64,000 nucleotides of DNA from Flavobacteriales bacterium (GCA_037624665.1 JASJIW010000062.1:2632-66631), one strand, 5' to 3'; positions 1 to 9,052 are shown, counted from the stretch's first letter. Made by a program: numbers and translations. Notes: generated from the sequence alone by a model not told the origin.

Positions 1-509
1 ACAAAATGAATGTTCTTTTTGTCCTTTCCTGCTTCAATTAAATTATCGTAACCACTTTGCTCGGTTACAAAAAATCCATCACACACTAAATCGGTAATTA
101 AACGATTAATCTCTTCTGGCATTTCATTATCATAACTTCTTAATCCACTCTCTAAATGAAATAATTTGGTTCCAGTTTTATTTCCTACAATAGCTCCAGC
201 CAAAGTAGAGTTTACATCCCCAACAACAACCAACGCATCTGGTTGATATTTAATTACTGCTTTTTCTATCTCTATAATTGCTTGTCCTATTTGATTTGCT
301 GTACTTGCAGGATTTACATTCAGGTATTCTGGTTCTTTCAGTTTTAGCTGCTTAAAAAATATGTCAGACATATTTGCATCGTAATGTTGTTGTGTATGCA
401 CCAAGATGTATTCAAACTCATCTCCATACGCTTCAAATTCTTTCTGAAACTGTGTTATTTTTATAAAGTTGGGACGTGTACCAACCACAATCATTACTTT
501 CTTAGCCAT
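1..509 (-). CDS. wecB: UDP-N-acetylglucosamine 2-epimerase (non-hydrolysing), N-terminal part; gene continues beyond window start
   Basis: Own minus-strand translation from the ATG at 509-507 gives MAKKVMIVVGTRPNFIKITQ...VVVGDVNSTLAGA...HLESGLRSYDNEMPEEINR, typical epimerase_2 motifs. Truncated by the window edge. Confidence 0.85.
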   Translation of the reverse strand, partial: MAKKVMIVVGTRPNFIKITQFQKEFEAYGDEFEYILVHTQQHYDANMSDIFFKQLKLKEPEYLNVNPASTANQIGQAIIEIEKAVIKYQPDALVVVGDVNSTLAGAIVGNKTGTKLFHLESGLRSYDNEMPEEINRLITDLVCDGFFVTEQSGYDNLIEAGKDKKNIHF

Positions 510-701
510 CAAATATATTTTGAGGTTAAAGTTAATCTTAAAAAAATTAATGACTTAGCTTTCTCCTTAAAAAACACTAACTTAATTAATGAGATTTTAG
601 GATAATTATTTTTAATAGCTTTCCTGTTCGTAATCAATAAAGTCACCCTTATTTTTGGTTTCAAATTTGGTTTTAAACCTATTCTTAACTTTATTTTTTT
701 A

Positions 702-1952
702 CTAAATATTATTTATTATTGCATCTATAACTCCAAGTGCGGCTCTTTCTCCAGAAATGATAGCTGCATTTAATGAACCATTTAATTGCGTATCTCCCGA
801 TAAAAAGATACTTGATGTTAAAAGTGTTTGAGAGGGAAACATCTCATACTGTAATTTGTTTAATTGAGGTAATGCCATTGGAATACTATACTGTTTTATA
901 AACTTACAAGAACCTATCCCACAATACTCTTTCAATTCTCTTTCTACTTGTATAATAAGCATTTCATTTGATAGGTTTTGATTGTCTATTACAGTCACGG
1001 AAAGTAACTCTTTAGCTGAATTTGTAAAAGTCTCTATGCTTGTATGGTAAAAAATATTATTTATTAATGTTCCATTTTGGGGAATTAAACCTATTAATGC
1101 CATCTTAACCTCCCTACTTCTAGTCTCAAAATATAAGGTACAACAAGACTTCCATTTGGTTGACTTATTTTTAAAATTTGGAATTAAATCACTTGCTTCT
1201 GTAGCAATTATTGTAAAATCACTTTCTAATTTTGTCTTATCCTCAAGTGTTATTTCACGATCTTTTATTGCAGCTACTTTTGTATTGAATTTAAAAGATG
1301 TTTGCTTTAGATTACTAACTAATTGCTTAGGAATTGCTTCAATTCCAGCTTTCGGAATCGCAGCATACCCTTCACCAAACATTTTATAAATAAACTCAAA
1401 CATTCTACTAGATGTTTCAAGTTCCGTTTCAAGAAAAATTCCGCTAAAAAAGGGTTTAAAAAAATCAGTAATAATTTCATCTGAAAAACCAAAACCTGTT
1501 AAGTATGAATAAGTAGATTGCTCTTTATCTGAAAATATAGCTGAAATACTTTTTCTCTTTAAACTATTATTCAGTTTTAGAATTTTAAGTTTATCTGAAA
1601 AATTTCCTATGCCAGAAAATAAGGTAGAAAACAATAAAGACAAATCCTTGATAGGATCACCTATTATTTTTTGCTTACTATTTTTAAAAATAGAAGCTCC
1701 TGGTAGAATTTTTTGTAAATCTAAGTCTTCGAAATCAAGATATTTCTGAGCTGCTGGGTATGCTGTAAGAAGTACTTGAAAACCATGGTCCAATTGATAA
1801 CCACTTACAATATCCGTTTTCACTCTTCCACCTGCTCGATCTGTCGCTTCTATAACAACAGCAGTATAACCGTTATCTTCTAAAACCTTAGCAGCTATTA
1901 GTCCGCTAACTCCAGCACCAATAATGTGTATTTTATAGCCTTGATTACTCAT
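702..1952 (-). CDS. NAD(P)/FAD-dependent oxidoreductase (amine-oxidase / phytoene-desaturase-like fold)
   Basis: N-terminal dinucleotide-binding motif IHIIGAGVSGLIAAKVLEDNGYTAVVIEATDRAGGRVKTD; 416 aa. Confidence 0.75.
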   Translation of the reverse strand: MSNQGYKIHIIGAGVSGLIAAKVLEDNGYTAVVIEATDRAGGRVKTDIVSGYQLDHGFQVLLTAYPAAQKYLDFEDLDLQKILPGASIFKNSKQKIIGDPIKDLSLLFSTLFSGIGNFSDKLKILKLNNSLKRKSISAIFSDKEQSTYSYLTGFGFSDEIITDFFKPFFSGIFLETELETSSRMFEFIYKMFGEGYAAIPKAGIEAIPKQLVSNLKQTSFKFNTKVAAIKDREITLEDKTKLESDFTIIATEASDLIPNFKNKSTKWKSCCTLYFETRSREVKMALIGLIPQNGTLINNIFYHTSIETFTNSAKELLSVTVIDNQNLSNEMLIIQVERELKEYCGIGSCKFIKQYSIPMALPQLNKLQYEMFPSQTLLTSSIFLSGDTQLNGSLNAAIISGERAALGVIDAIINNI

Positions 1953-2084
1953 AAGTGTTTTTATTCACTAAAAAGAAGATGTTATTTTAAGTTAATTTTT
2001 TTGTTTAACAAAAATTAATTAAAATTAAACAAAAATATAGATACCTTTACACATGATTATAAACAACTTCATTTTACTATAAAT

Positions 2085-2495
2085 ATGAACAAAACAGCCA
2101 TTATTAGATGTGAACATTTCAACTCAGCTCATAGATTACATAATATCAATTGGAGTGATGCAAAAAACCAAGAGATTTTCGGCAAATGTAATAGCCCCAA
2201 TTATCACGGGCACAATTATGATTTAGAAGTTAAGGTTATTGGTATTTGCGATCCAAATACAGGTTATGTGATTGATACAAAAATTCTTTCTACCCTTATT
2301 AAGGTTAAAATACTCAACAGATTTGATCATAAGAACCTAAACTTAGATACCACGGAATTTAAAAATTTAAACCCTACTGCGGAAAATATAGCAATGGTAA
2401 TCTACAACATACTTAAATCAGAGTTGGATGAAAGTCTAGAACTTAAAATAAAGCTCTATGAAACTCCTAGAAACTACGTTGAATACCCATATTGA
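2085..2495 (+). CDS. 6-pyruvoyl-tetrahydropterin synthase family protein (animal-type PTPS-like)
   Basis: FNSAHRLHN...FGKCNSPNYHGHNY...DHKNLN...ENIA...YETPRNYVEY closely parallels the mammalian PTPS active-site and Zn-His motifs. Confidence 0.85.
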   Translation: MNKTAIIRCEHFNSAHRLHNINWSDAKNQEIFGKCNSPNYHGHNYDLEVKVIGICDPNTGYVIDTKILSTLIKVKILNRFDHKNLNLDTTEFKNLNPTAENIAMVIYNILKSELDESLELKIKLYETPRNYVEYPY

Positions 2496-2547
2496 GAAAT
2501 TTTATTAAAATAAATACATAGAAACTAGGAGTTTCATAGAGCTTTAT
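2448..2547. repeat. 23-bp perfect inverted repeat (2448-2470 / 2525-2547) with a 54-nt loop that contains the PTPS stop codon
   Basis: Arm 1 aaagctctatgaaactcctag is the exact reverse complement of arm 2 ctaggagtttcatagagcttt, and two further flanking pairs extend it. Seen directly. Confidence 0.8.
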
Positions 2548-2699
2548 AAAAATATAGTACTTTTGTTTAATATTTAATATGATTTTTTAAACAATTTAGT
2601 AAATTGTACTTTACAAGTAATTAAAATATTCTCTAGCAAGAACTTACTTTAAACATTATAAGAATTCACAAACAACAAAAATCTTTCAACATAAAATAG

Positions 2700-3398
2700 A
2701 TGAAACTGAAAAAAGAAAACTTAACAACTATTAATGATAACATAATCACTGATTTTTCAGCTGAGGATATTGGAGACGATCATATTTACACAGGCCTAGA
2801 GACCCCTATGAAAGCAGATGCTTTTGTAAAATCTGACCTAGAAAAAAAAGAAAAGATTTCTGATTTATTTAAACAGATAATGGATGTGATGGGACTAGAT
2901 CTTGCGGATGATTCTTTAAAGGATACACCAAAAAGGGTTGCCAAGATGTATGTTGAAGAAATTTTCTCTGGGCTTAATCCGAACAATAAACCTAAGATTT
3001 CGCTATTTGATAATAAATATAAATACAACCAGATGTTAGTTGAAAAGAATATTACGTTTTATTCTAATTGTGAACATCATTTTGTTCCATTCACTGGTAG
3101 AGCTAATATCGCTTATGTATCTTCAGGAAAAGTTATTGGTCTTTCTAAGCTCAATAGAATTGTTCAGTATTATGCAAAACGACCACAAGTACAAGAGCGA
3201 TTAACAAATCAAATAGCAATTGATTTAAAGGCTATTCTAAATACAGAAGATATTGCCGTTATTATTGATGCAAAGCATTTGTGTGTATCATCTCGTGGAA
3301 TTAAAGATGATACGTCAGCTACCGTTACCTCTTACTATGGAGGTATATTTAAAAGTTCAGACAAAATAGCTGAGCTACAAAGCTATCTAAACCAATAA
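2700..3398 (+). CDS. folE: GTP cyclohydrolase I
   Basis: Motifs DTPKRVAKMY, FYSNCEHHFVPF, GLSKLNRIVQYYAKRPQVQERLT, HLCVSSRG. Confidence 0.95.
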   Translation: MKLKKENLTTINDNIITDFSAEDIGDDHIYTGLETPMKADAFVKSDLEKKEKISDLFKQIMDVMGLDLADDSLKDTPKRVAKMYVEEIFSGLNPNNKPKISLFDNKYKYNQMLVEKNITFYSNCEHHFVPFTGRANIAYVSSGKVIGLSKLNRIVQYYAKRPQVQERLTNQIAIDLKAILNTEDIAVIIDAKHLCVSSRGIKDDTSATVTSYYGGIFKSSDKIAELQSYLNQ

Positions 3399-3466
3399 AC
3401 GCGTTACATATATAAATAAGGCAGACAATATAAATATCGTTTATCCAACTGCTAAATATTCACAAC

Positions 3467-3991
3467 ATGAAAACAATTGATAAAGCAACATTACCATCTA
3501 CTACTTCTACTGAAACAAAAAGACAATCAATTTATGATATTGTTATCAGTAGTCTAGGCGGTAAACCTATTTCTCTTTCAGTGTTTAAAGGGAAGAAAAT
3601 ACTTTTTGTAAACGTAGCTTCTAAATGTGGATTTACGAAGCAATATAAAGAGTTGCAATCGCTTAGCGATAAATACAAAAAAGAGTTAGTTATTATTGGG
3701 TCTCCTTGTAATCAGTTTGGTAAACAAGAACCTGGAGATGCTTCAGAAATTCAAAAATTTTGTGAATTAAATTTTGGAGTTACTTTTCTACTTTCAGAAA
3801 AGATAGACGTAAAAGGGAGTCAACAACACCCTTTATATAAATGGTTAACCTCCAAAGACCTAAATGGTAAACAAAGTTCTAATGTAAAATGGAATTTTCA
3901 AAAGTATTTAGTTGATGATCAGGGATGTCTTATCGATTACTATTTTTCAATTACTAAACCAATGAGTTCTAAAATCACTAAACACTTATAA
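3467..3991 (+). CDS. glutathione peroxidase (Cys-type)
   Basis: Motifs FVNVASKCGFT, NQFGKQEPG, WNFQKYLV. The catalytic residue is encoded by TGT (Cys), not TGA. Confidence 0.9.
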   Translation: MKTIDKATLPSTTSTETKRQSIYDIVISSLGGKPISLSVFKGKKILFVNVASKCGFTKQYKELQSLSDKYKKELVIIGSPCNQFGKQEPGDASEIQKFCELNFGVTFLLSEKIDVKGSQQHPLYKWLTSKDLNGKQSSNVKWNFQKYLVDDQGCLIDYYFSITKPMSSKITKHL

Positions 3992-4012
3992 GTGTTTAGT
4001 GATTTTAAGTAG

Positions 4013-4750
4013 TTACTTTTTTATGGTATTCTTGCCTTCAACGGTTATTACGGATCCTTCAGAAAGCATTACAGATTCAGGTTTAATTCTATTTAAAAAC
4101 TCAAAGTCTTTTCCGTAAACAACTGAAAAATCAACTTTTATTTCATAACTTTTTACCTTATATTGTTTCCATTTTGGATGTGTAACCCCGTATTCATTGG
4201 TAACTGATTTGTTTACTTTTGCATACCCCCAATAATGTTCAGTTATAAATTCAGTTTCACTATTCTCTATAATTTCTGAAGCTTTCAAATCTGCAACAAT
4301 TTTGAAAGATTGCCATACTTTATCCTTTTTCCATTGATATTCTACAACTCTATTTTCACTAGTTTCTTCCCACTTATGTCGCATAGGTAATGTTTCATAA
4401 TGTTCTTTATACAATGTATTAGCGACAAAAGTTAAAGCAGGTTTAGGTACTATTTCTTTAATAAAAACAACACCACGCTTCCACGTGTTATTTTCAAATC
4501 GTTTGACATAAAATCTTAGATTCACCTCTTCAAAATTAATATGAAAAGGAATTTTCACTCCTAATATTCTGGTGTCAACAAACATGAAACCTATTAGACT
4601 GACAAAACATTTACCTTCCCACAAATCGAGTTCAGTTCCCGCTGGGACATATTTTGAGAGTATACTTGGATTAATTATATAATTCGCTATTGACAATTTT
4701 CTCCATTCTGCATTTAAAAAACTCATTTTTCTACTTTTTAGGGAATTCAA
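4013..4750 (-). CDS. DUF2071 (YqjF-like) domain protein
   Basis: MSFLNAEWRKL...WEGKCFVSLIGFMF...LRFYV pattern typical of DUF2071. The more likely start is the internal ATG at 4726. Confidence 0.7.
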   Translation of the reverse strand: MNSLKSRKMSFLNAEWRKLSIANYIINPSILSKYVPAGTELDLWEGKCFVSLIGFMFVDTRILGVKIPFHINFEEVNLRFYVKRFENNTWKRGVVFIKEIVPKPALTFVANTLYKEHYETLPMRHKWEETSENRVVEYQWKKDKVWQSFKIVADLKASEIIENSETEFITEHYWGYAKVNKSVTNEYGVTHPKWKQYKVKSYEIKVDFSVVYGKDFEFLNRIKPESVMLSEGSVITVEGKNTIKK

Positions 4751-4925
4751 TTAATTTATTAACTATCGTTTAACTCTAAAATTTGTTAAGTCGATGTCTC
4801 CAGTTTTTATTTTTTGTCTTGTTTATTCATATTCTGTTTTATTGAATTAATCGTGAATAGCGATATTCAAAATTAGTATTTTTGTTCTAGAGATATTCTC
4901 TCCTTTGGTATTACAATACAACATA

Positions 4926-5339
4926 ATGACCGAATTAATTATTCAGCTTTTAATAGATTTTGGGTTAGTTGTATTGATTTAAATGATCCAGCGCGTTGTA
5001 TATCCAAGTCTTCTTCACTGAAGTAATCAGGACCTAATTGTTTGGCACAAAAAGTATACTTCAAGCTTTACTCCTATTGTTATTCCGCTTATGTTTGGCC
5101 AACTCGGTATCTCTATTTATCAAGTGGTTCTCTCAACTAATTCATATACACTTCTAAACCTCCTAATTATAATTGTTTTGTGGTTGTCTTCCTTTTTACA
5201 ATTTTTACCTATTCATTCTGATATCTCAAAAGGGGAAATAAGTGAAAAAATGCTAAATTCTTTAGTTGCTAAAAAATTGGTTACGAACTATACTATGGTC
5301 GCTATTATTTATGATGAACTTCATTGTGCTATTTCATGA
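4926..5339 (+). pseudogene. Candidate disrupted small membrane-protein gene: a 138-codon frame with two in-frame stops (TAA 4980-4982, TGA 5019-5021)
   Basis: The ATG at 4926 is in frame with track ORF 5091-5339. The translation is hydrophobic throughout (MTELIIQLLIDFGLVVLI*MIQRVVYPSLLH*SNQDLIVWHKKYTSSFTPIVIPLMFGQL...) and reads straight through the annotated ATG. Confidence 0.35.
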
Positions 5340-5342
5340 TAA

Positions 5343-6830
5343 CTAATTTTTCAAACTAGATAAATAAAGATTCCCATTCTCTAGATGCTTTTGCTGTTTT
5401 TCATCAGGCATTTTATCAAACATACGAACCAGCATCCCTAATCTTTGGTTTGATAAAAAGAAATCACGATGAGTATGCATAAATCGCCAAAATAAGCCAT
5501 CCCAAACAGCTTGCCATTCTCCTTTTTGATAGTTACTCATTTTCATGATATAATTACTACCACTTATATATGGTTTAGTCGCCATCAATCCACCATCTGC
5601 AAATTGACTCATTCCATATATGTTAGTTACCATAACCCAATCGTATGAATCGATAAAAAACTCCATAAACCACTGATAAACTTCATCTGGGTCAAACTCA
5701 CACAACATCATAAAATTACCCAATATCATTAAGCGTTCTATATGATTACAATAACCAGTTTTTAATACTTTTTTAATCGTTTGGTCAATGGGAGTTATAC
5801 CAGTAGTCCCATCATAAAAAGAAGCAGGAATCTTCTTTTTAAATCTCCAGAAATTGGTCGTGCGTTCTTCACTTCCTCTACATTCATAAATACCTCTTAT
5901 AAACTCTCTCCAACCTATTATTTGTCTTACAAAACCTTCCGTAGAATTAATGGGAACATTGTTTTCTTTAGCATAAACTAAACAAGCATCAACAATCTCT
6001 TTAGGCGTAATTAATCCTACATTAAGCATAGGCGTTAAAACGCTATGGTTGAGTATAGAGTTTTCTACAACAATAGCGTCTTCATACACACCAAACTCCA
6101 TAAAACGTTGCTCAAAAAACTGATTGAGCCAATCTTTTGTAGCTTCAAAATTGGTTGGATACAATGAATATTTGGTAAGACTTCCTAAGTGATCAGAAAA
6201 GTTCGTTTCAACATATTGTTTTGCTTCTTCATAATATTCATCTACATCAGGAAAATGAATGGATGGTGGTGTTTTTTTAGCAGGATATTTTTTCCTGTTC
6301 TCTGTATCAAATGTCCATTTACCACCAACTGGTTTTCCATCAGCATCCATCAAAATATTTCGCTTTTTACGCTGTTCTGTATAAAAAGTGGTTTGATGAT
6401 ATTTCTTTTTATCGCTCCTAAAAAACGAAGCGAGATCTTCTTTAGCATTTAAAAATAAAGGAGAATTATGCTGTGTTGCTTTTATTTCATTGTCTAGAAA
6501 ACCTTTAGTTAATCTATTTTGAAGCCAATTATCTACTGGATCTATATAGTTGATTTGTTCAATACCTTCAGCTTTCAATTCTGGAATTAATAACCTGATG
6601 TCTGAAATATCCTGAGTAGCTTCTATATAGTGTACTTCAAAATTTTTCTCTTCCCGAAGAAAATCTGCATAGCGTTTAATTGTTGCTCTATGAAAAGCTA
6701 TTTTCTGTTGGTGAAACTTATATTGTTTAAAGAACAAGTATTCTTCAACGATATAAAAAGGGGCATTGCTTTCAAAAAGTGGGGACTCTTTAAATAACTG
6801 ATTCGGAAATACTAGGTTGATTTGTTTCAT
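5343..6830 (-). CDS. cryptochrome/photolyase-family protein, FeS-BCP/CryPro-like (COG3046 'photolyase-related') lineage
   Basis: 495 aa from the ATG at 6830 (MKQINLVFPNQLF); the track start at 6854 is a GTG inside the upstream gene. Motifs HQQKIAFHRATIKRY, TPMLNVGLITPKE, FVRQIIGWREF, GYCNHIERLMILGNF, SYDWVMVTNIYGMSQFADGG. Confidence 0.8.
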   Translation of the reverse strand: MKQINLVFPNQLFKESPLFESNAPFYIVEEYLFFKQYKFHQQKIAFHRATIKRYADFLREEKNFEVHYIEATQDISDIRLLIPELKAEGIEQINYIDPVDNWLQNRLTKGFLDNEIKATQHNSPLFLNAKEDLASFFRSDKKKYHQTTFYTEQRKKRNILMDADGKPVGGKWTFDTENRKKYPAKKTPPSIHFPDVDEYYEEAKQYVETNFSDHLGSLTKYSLYPTNFEATKDWLNQFFEQRFMEFGVYEDAIVVENSILNHSVLTPMLNVGLITPKEIVDACLVYAKENNVPINSTEGFVRQIIGWREFIRGIYECRGSEERTTNFWRFKKKIPASFYDGTTGITPIDQTIKKVLKTGYCNHIERLMILGNFMMLCEFDPDEVYQWFMEFFIDSYDWVMVTNIYGMSQFADGGLMATKPYISGSNYIMKMSNYQKGEWQAVWDGLFWRFMHTHRDFFLSNQRLGMLVRMFDKMPDEKQQKHLENGNLYLSSLKN

Positions 6831-6835
6831 TGTTT

Positions 6836-6964
6836 TTATTTGTTTCTTCTGCACCGTTCGCTACAATATTTAACTTCATCCCAATTCTTTTCCCATTTTT
6901 TACGCCAAGTAAAATTCAACTTGCAAACCAAACAGTTTTTTATGGGAAGATTTACTTTTTTCAT
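6836..6964 (-). CDS. DUF2256-type small four-cysteine (zinc-ribbon-like) protein, 42 aa
   Basis: Own translation: [42 protein letters not shown]. Its ATG overlaps the flavin-reductase stop (ATGA), and its TAA lies 5 nt before the next gene's ATG. Below the ORF-track size cutoff. Confidence 0.75.
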   Translation of the reverse strand: MKKVNLPIKNCLVCKLNFTWRKKWEKNWDEVKYCSERCRRNK

Positions 6965-7593
6965 GTGGTGAAATCTGGTAACTCATTTATTTTAGCAAGG
7001 GGATAGTTGGCGATTTTTTTTAAAGAATAGTAACTATTTAACCCAGAAATACCAACACCATTGGTATATTCTAAATCAATATCTCCATTTTTTAGTGCTT
7101 TATCGGGAAGTATAATACTTTCTATTTCTCCTATAACCATCATTGTATCATTCAATTTAATTTCTACGGACTCTTTAAAGCGCATCCCCATTTTAAATGT
7201 GCTTTCTTTTACAAAGGGTGCTTTAAAATTATTGACATATTCTTCAGAAAGCTTGCATTGTTCAAACTCAGAAATATCTTTAGCAAATTTAGCTGAAGTA
7301 TAGTGGGCATTTTTTACAAATTCTGGTTGGATGTGATTAATCGTATAAAAACCATTTTCTTGAATGTTACGGAATGTATGCCCAGCCTCAGCAGTTTTAG
7401 GTCTAGATATAAAACCTAAAAGAGCAGGATTGCTTCCTAAATGTACAATCGAGCTGAATATTGCCAAATTAGCATCTCCCTTATCTGATATTGTACCAAT
7501 AAGATTTGCAGGCTTAATACCTGTAACCGAATTAATAATCTTCAATCGAGTAATCCGATCAAGTTGTTCAATGTCATTTTTAGTGTAAACCAT
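6961..7593 (-). CDS. flavin reductase-like (FMN-binding split-barrel) family protein
   Basis: [44 protein letters not shown] is typical of the flavin_reduct family. Overlaps both neighbouring genes. Confidence 0.75.
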   Translation of the reverse strand: MVYTKNDIEQLDRITRLKIINSVTGIKPANLIGTISDKGDANLAIFSSIVHLGSNPALLGFISRPKTAEAGHTFRNIQENGFYTINHIQPEFVKNAHYTSAKFAKDISEFEQCKLSEEYVNNFKAPFVKESTFKMGMRFKESVEIKLNDTMMVIGEIESIILPDKALKNGDIDLEYTNGVGISGLNSYYSLKKIANYPLAKINELPDFTT

Positions 7594-9052
7594 TATGAGT
7601 TCTATTTACATGAGTATTTAGCAAACGCATTTTTTCTTTTTGTACTGCAGGATGCTTTTTGTGACCCCAAATTTTATCTCTTGCAAAACGTGCACTTTCT
7701 TTTAAATCTACAATTGGTAAGGGGTAATCGTTACCAATAGTTACTTCACAAAACAGTTGATCCATTGCCGTCATTTTCCAAGGTTCATGAATAAAAGCTT
7801 CTGGAACTTTATTGAGTTCTGGAATCCATTTTTTTATAAAAACGCCTTGAGGATCATGTTCCTGAGAATTTTTTACAGGATTATAAAGACGGACGGTGTT
7901 AATACCTGTAGTACCTGCCTGCATTTGAAACTGAGGATAATGAATACCAGGTTCATAATCTAAAAACTGTTTAGCCAAATGATAGGCTCCATCTCGCCAA
8001 TCTTGATCTAAATTTAATGCTAAAAAAGAAACCACCATTGCTCGCATTCTAAAATTAATCCAGCCGGTATTTTCCAAAGCTCGCATACAAGCATCAATTA
8101 ACGGATAGCCTGTTACACCTTTTTTCCATGCTTTTATAAGAGCATCATTTTTTTTATGTGATAACTGTTCATATCCCCTGTTGATACATGATGTTTCATA
8201 ACTACACTCTACTTCAAATTTTTGAATAAAATGACAATGCCAATGCAATCTAGTAAGCATAGCAGAAAAAGCCCTATCATTTTTTGTTCCGTTAGGATGT
8301 GTCCCTATAAATTGAAAAGCTTGCTTAATACTTAAATTACCCCAAGCTAAATAAGGAGAAATTCTACTGCAAGCAGTTCTGCTTTCTGTAGGTTTTGAAA
8401 TATGCCGCTGATAATTAAAACCTCTCTTTTGAGTAAATGATTTTAAATAACGCCAAGCATTTTGCTCTCCAGCTGGTTGATATTGTTTTGGGTATTCTTT
8501 GAGTTGAGTTTCGAACTTTTGTGGTAGTAAAAAAGAGTGTTCAATTTTGTGATCTTGCGACACTGAGTAGCTATTCTGAATAACTGATGTATGCATTTCT
8601 CTATGCCATTTCTTGCTCCAGCCTTTTCGATTTTTAATACCTCTTAAAATACCATCTCGCTGTGTTTCCTGCCAACTAATTTGATGATGATTAGTAAATA
8701 ATTTTACTTTTTTATCACGTTTCCAAGTCGTTTGAGTGCCACTTTCACAAAAGCTAAAAATAGTTTTTATGTCAAAATTTTCTTTTAGCTGATTAAATAC
8801 GTCTATTGCTTCTCCGTAAAAAATTTCTACACCTCTATTGTAAGGTTCTAATGTTTTATTTAATGCTAAAATAGAATGGTACACAAACTGCAAATGCCTT
8901 AAACTAGTATCTGGATATTCAATAATAGAAGGCTCAAACATATAAATTATAATATATGGAATACCTGCACACTCTGCCTTTAATAAAGGTTCGTGATCCT
9001 GAGAACGAATATCACGTTTTAACCAAACAATATTTATAGCTTTCACTTTCAA
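7580..9052 (-). CDS. full-length cryptochrome/deoxyribodipyrimidine photolyase family protein (N-terminal alpha/beta domain plus FAD domain)
   Basis: N-terminus [19 protein letters not shown]-domain motifs [76 protein letters not shown]. Start is TTG at 9052 (TTGA overlap) or GTG at 9046. Confidence 0.9.
   Translation of the reverse strand: MKVKAINIVWLKRDIRSQDHEPLLKAECAGIPYIIIYMFEPSIIEYPDTSLRHLQFVYHSILALNKTLEPYNRGVEIFYGEAIDVFNQLKENFDIKTIFSFCESGTQTTWKRDKKVKLFTNHHQISWQETQRDGILRGIKNRKGWSKKWHREMHTSVIQNSYSVSQDHKIEHSFLLPQKFETQLKEYPKQYQPAGEQNAWRYLKSFTQKRGFNYQRHISKPTESRTACSRISPYLAWGNLSIKQAFQFIGTHPNGTKNDRAFSAMLTRLHWHCHFIQKFEVECSYETSCINRGYEQLSHKKNDALIKAWKKGVTGYPLIDACMRALENTGWINFRMRAMVVSFLALNLDQDWRDGAYHLAKQFLDYEPGIHYPQFQMQAGTTGINTVRLYNPVKNSQEHDPQGVFIKKWIPELNKVPEAFIHEPWKMTAMDQLFCEVTIGNDYPLPIVDLKESARFARDKIWGHKKHPAVQKEKMRLLNTHVNRTHNGLH

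Noticed and set aside
384-605. 73-aa plus-strand ORF
   Set aside because: It lies antisense to the clearly coding wecB N-terminus and has a low-complexity AT-rich translation; it is a shadow ORF.
1156-1389. 77-aa ORF antisense to the FAD oxidoreductase. The same category applies to 2786-3028, 5781-5981, 6189-6452, 7061-7303, 7364-7588, 7757-7963, 14946-15167, 24556-24951, 26779-27147, 27338-27687, 28314-28574, 39667-39855, 43081-43266, 46712-46915, 48363-48551, 48815-49060, 52148-52330, 52440-52697, 54034-54303, 59704-60000 and 61630-61848.
   Set aside because: Each is fully nested opposite a longer ORF with strong family motifs. The translations are Ser/Leu/Ile/Phe-rich, as expected for antisense frames in AT-rich coding DNA.
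1996-2035. Inverted repeat ttttgtttaa / ttaaacaaaa in the divergent promoter between the FAD oxidoreductase and PTPS genes, as a possible operator
   Set aside because: It is low-complexity A/T sequence with a 16-nt spacer, so chance occurrence is plausible and there is no independent support.
3626-3628. Selenocysteine in the glutathione peroxidase
   Set aside because: The catalytic position is encoded by TGT (Cys), and there is no in-frame TGA.
4980-5021. Stop-codon reassignment or read-through (TAA/TGA) as the explanation for the in-frame stops
   Set aside because: TAA and TGA are used as genuine terminators at many well-supported gene ends in this window (for example TGA at 42092 and 6961, TAA at 10165 and 6836), so recoding is unlikely.
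5091-5339. 82-aa ORF as an independent intact gene
   Set aside because: The hydrophobic reading frame continues upstream through two stops, so it is treated as part of a possible pseudogene (4926-5339) rather than a confident gene.
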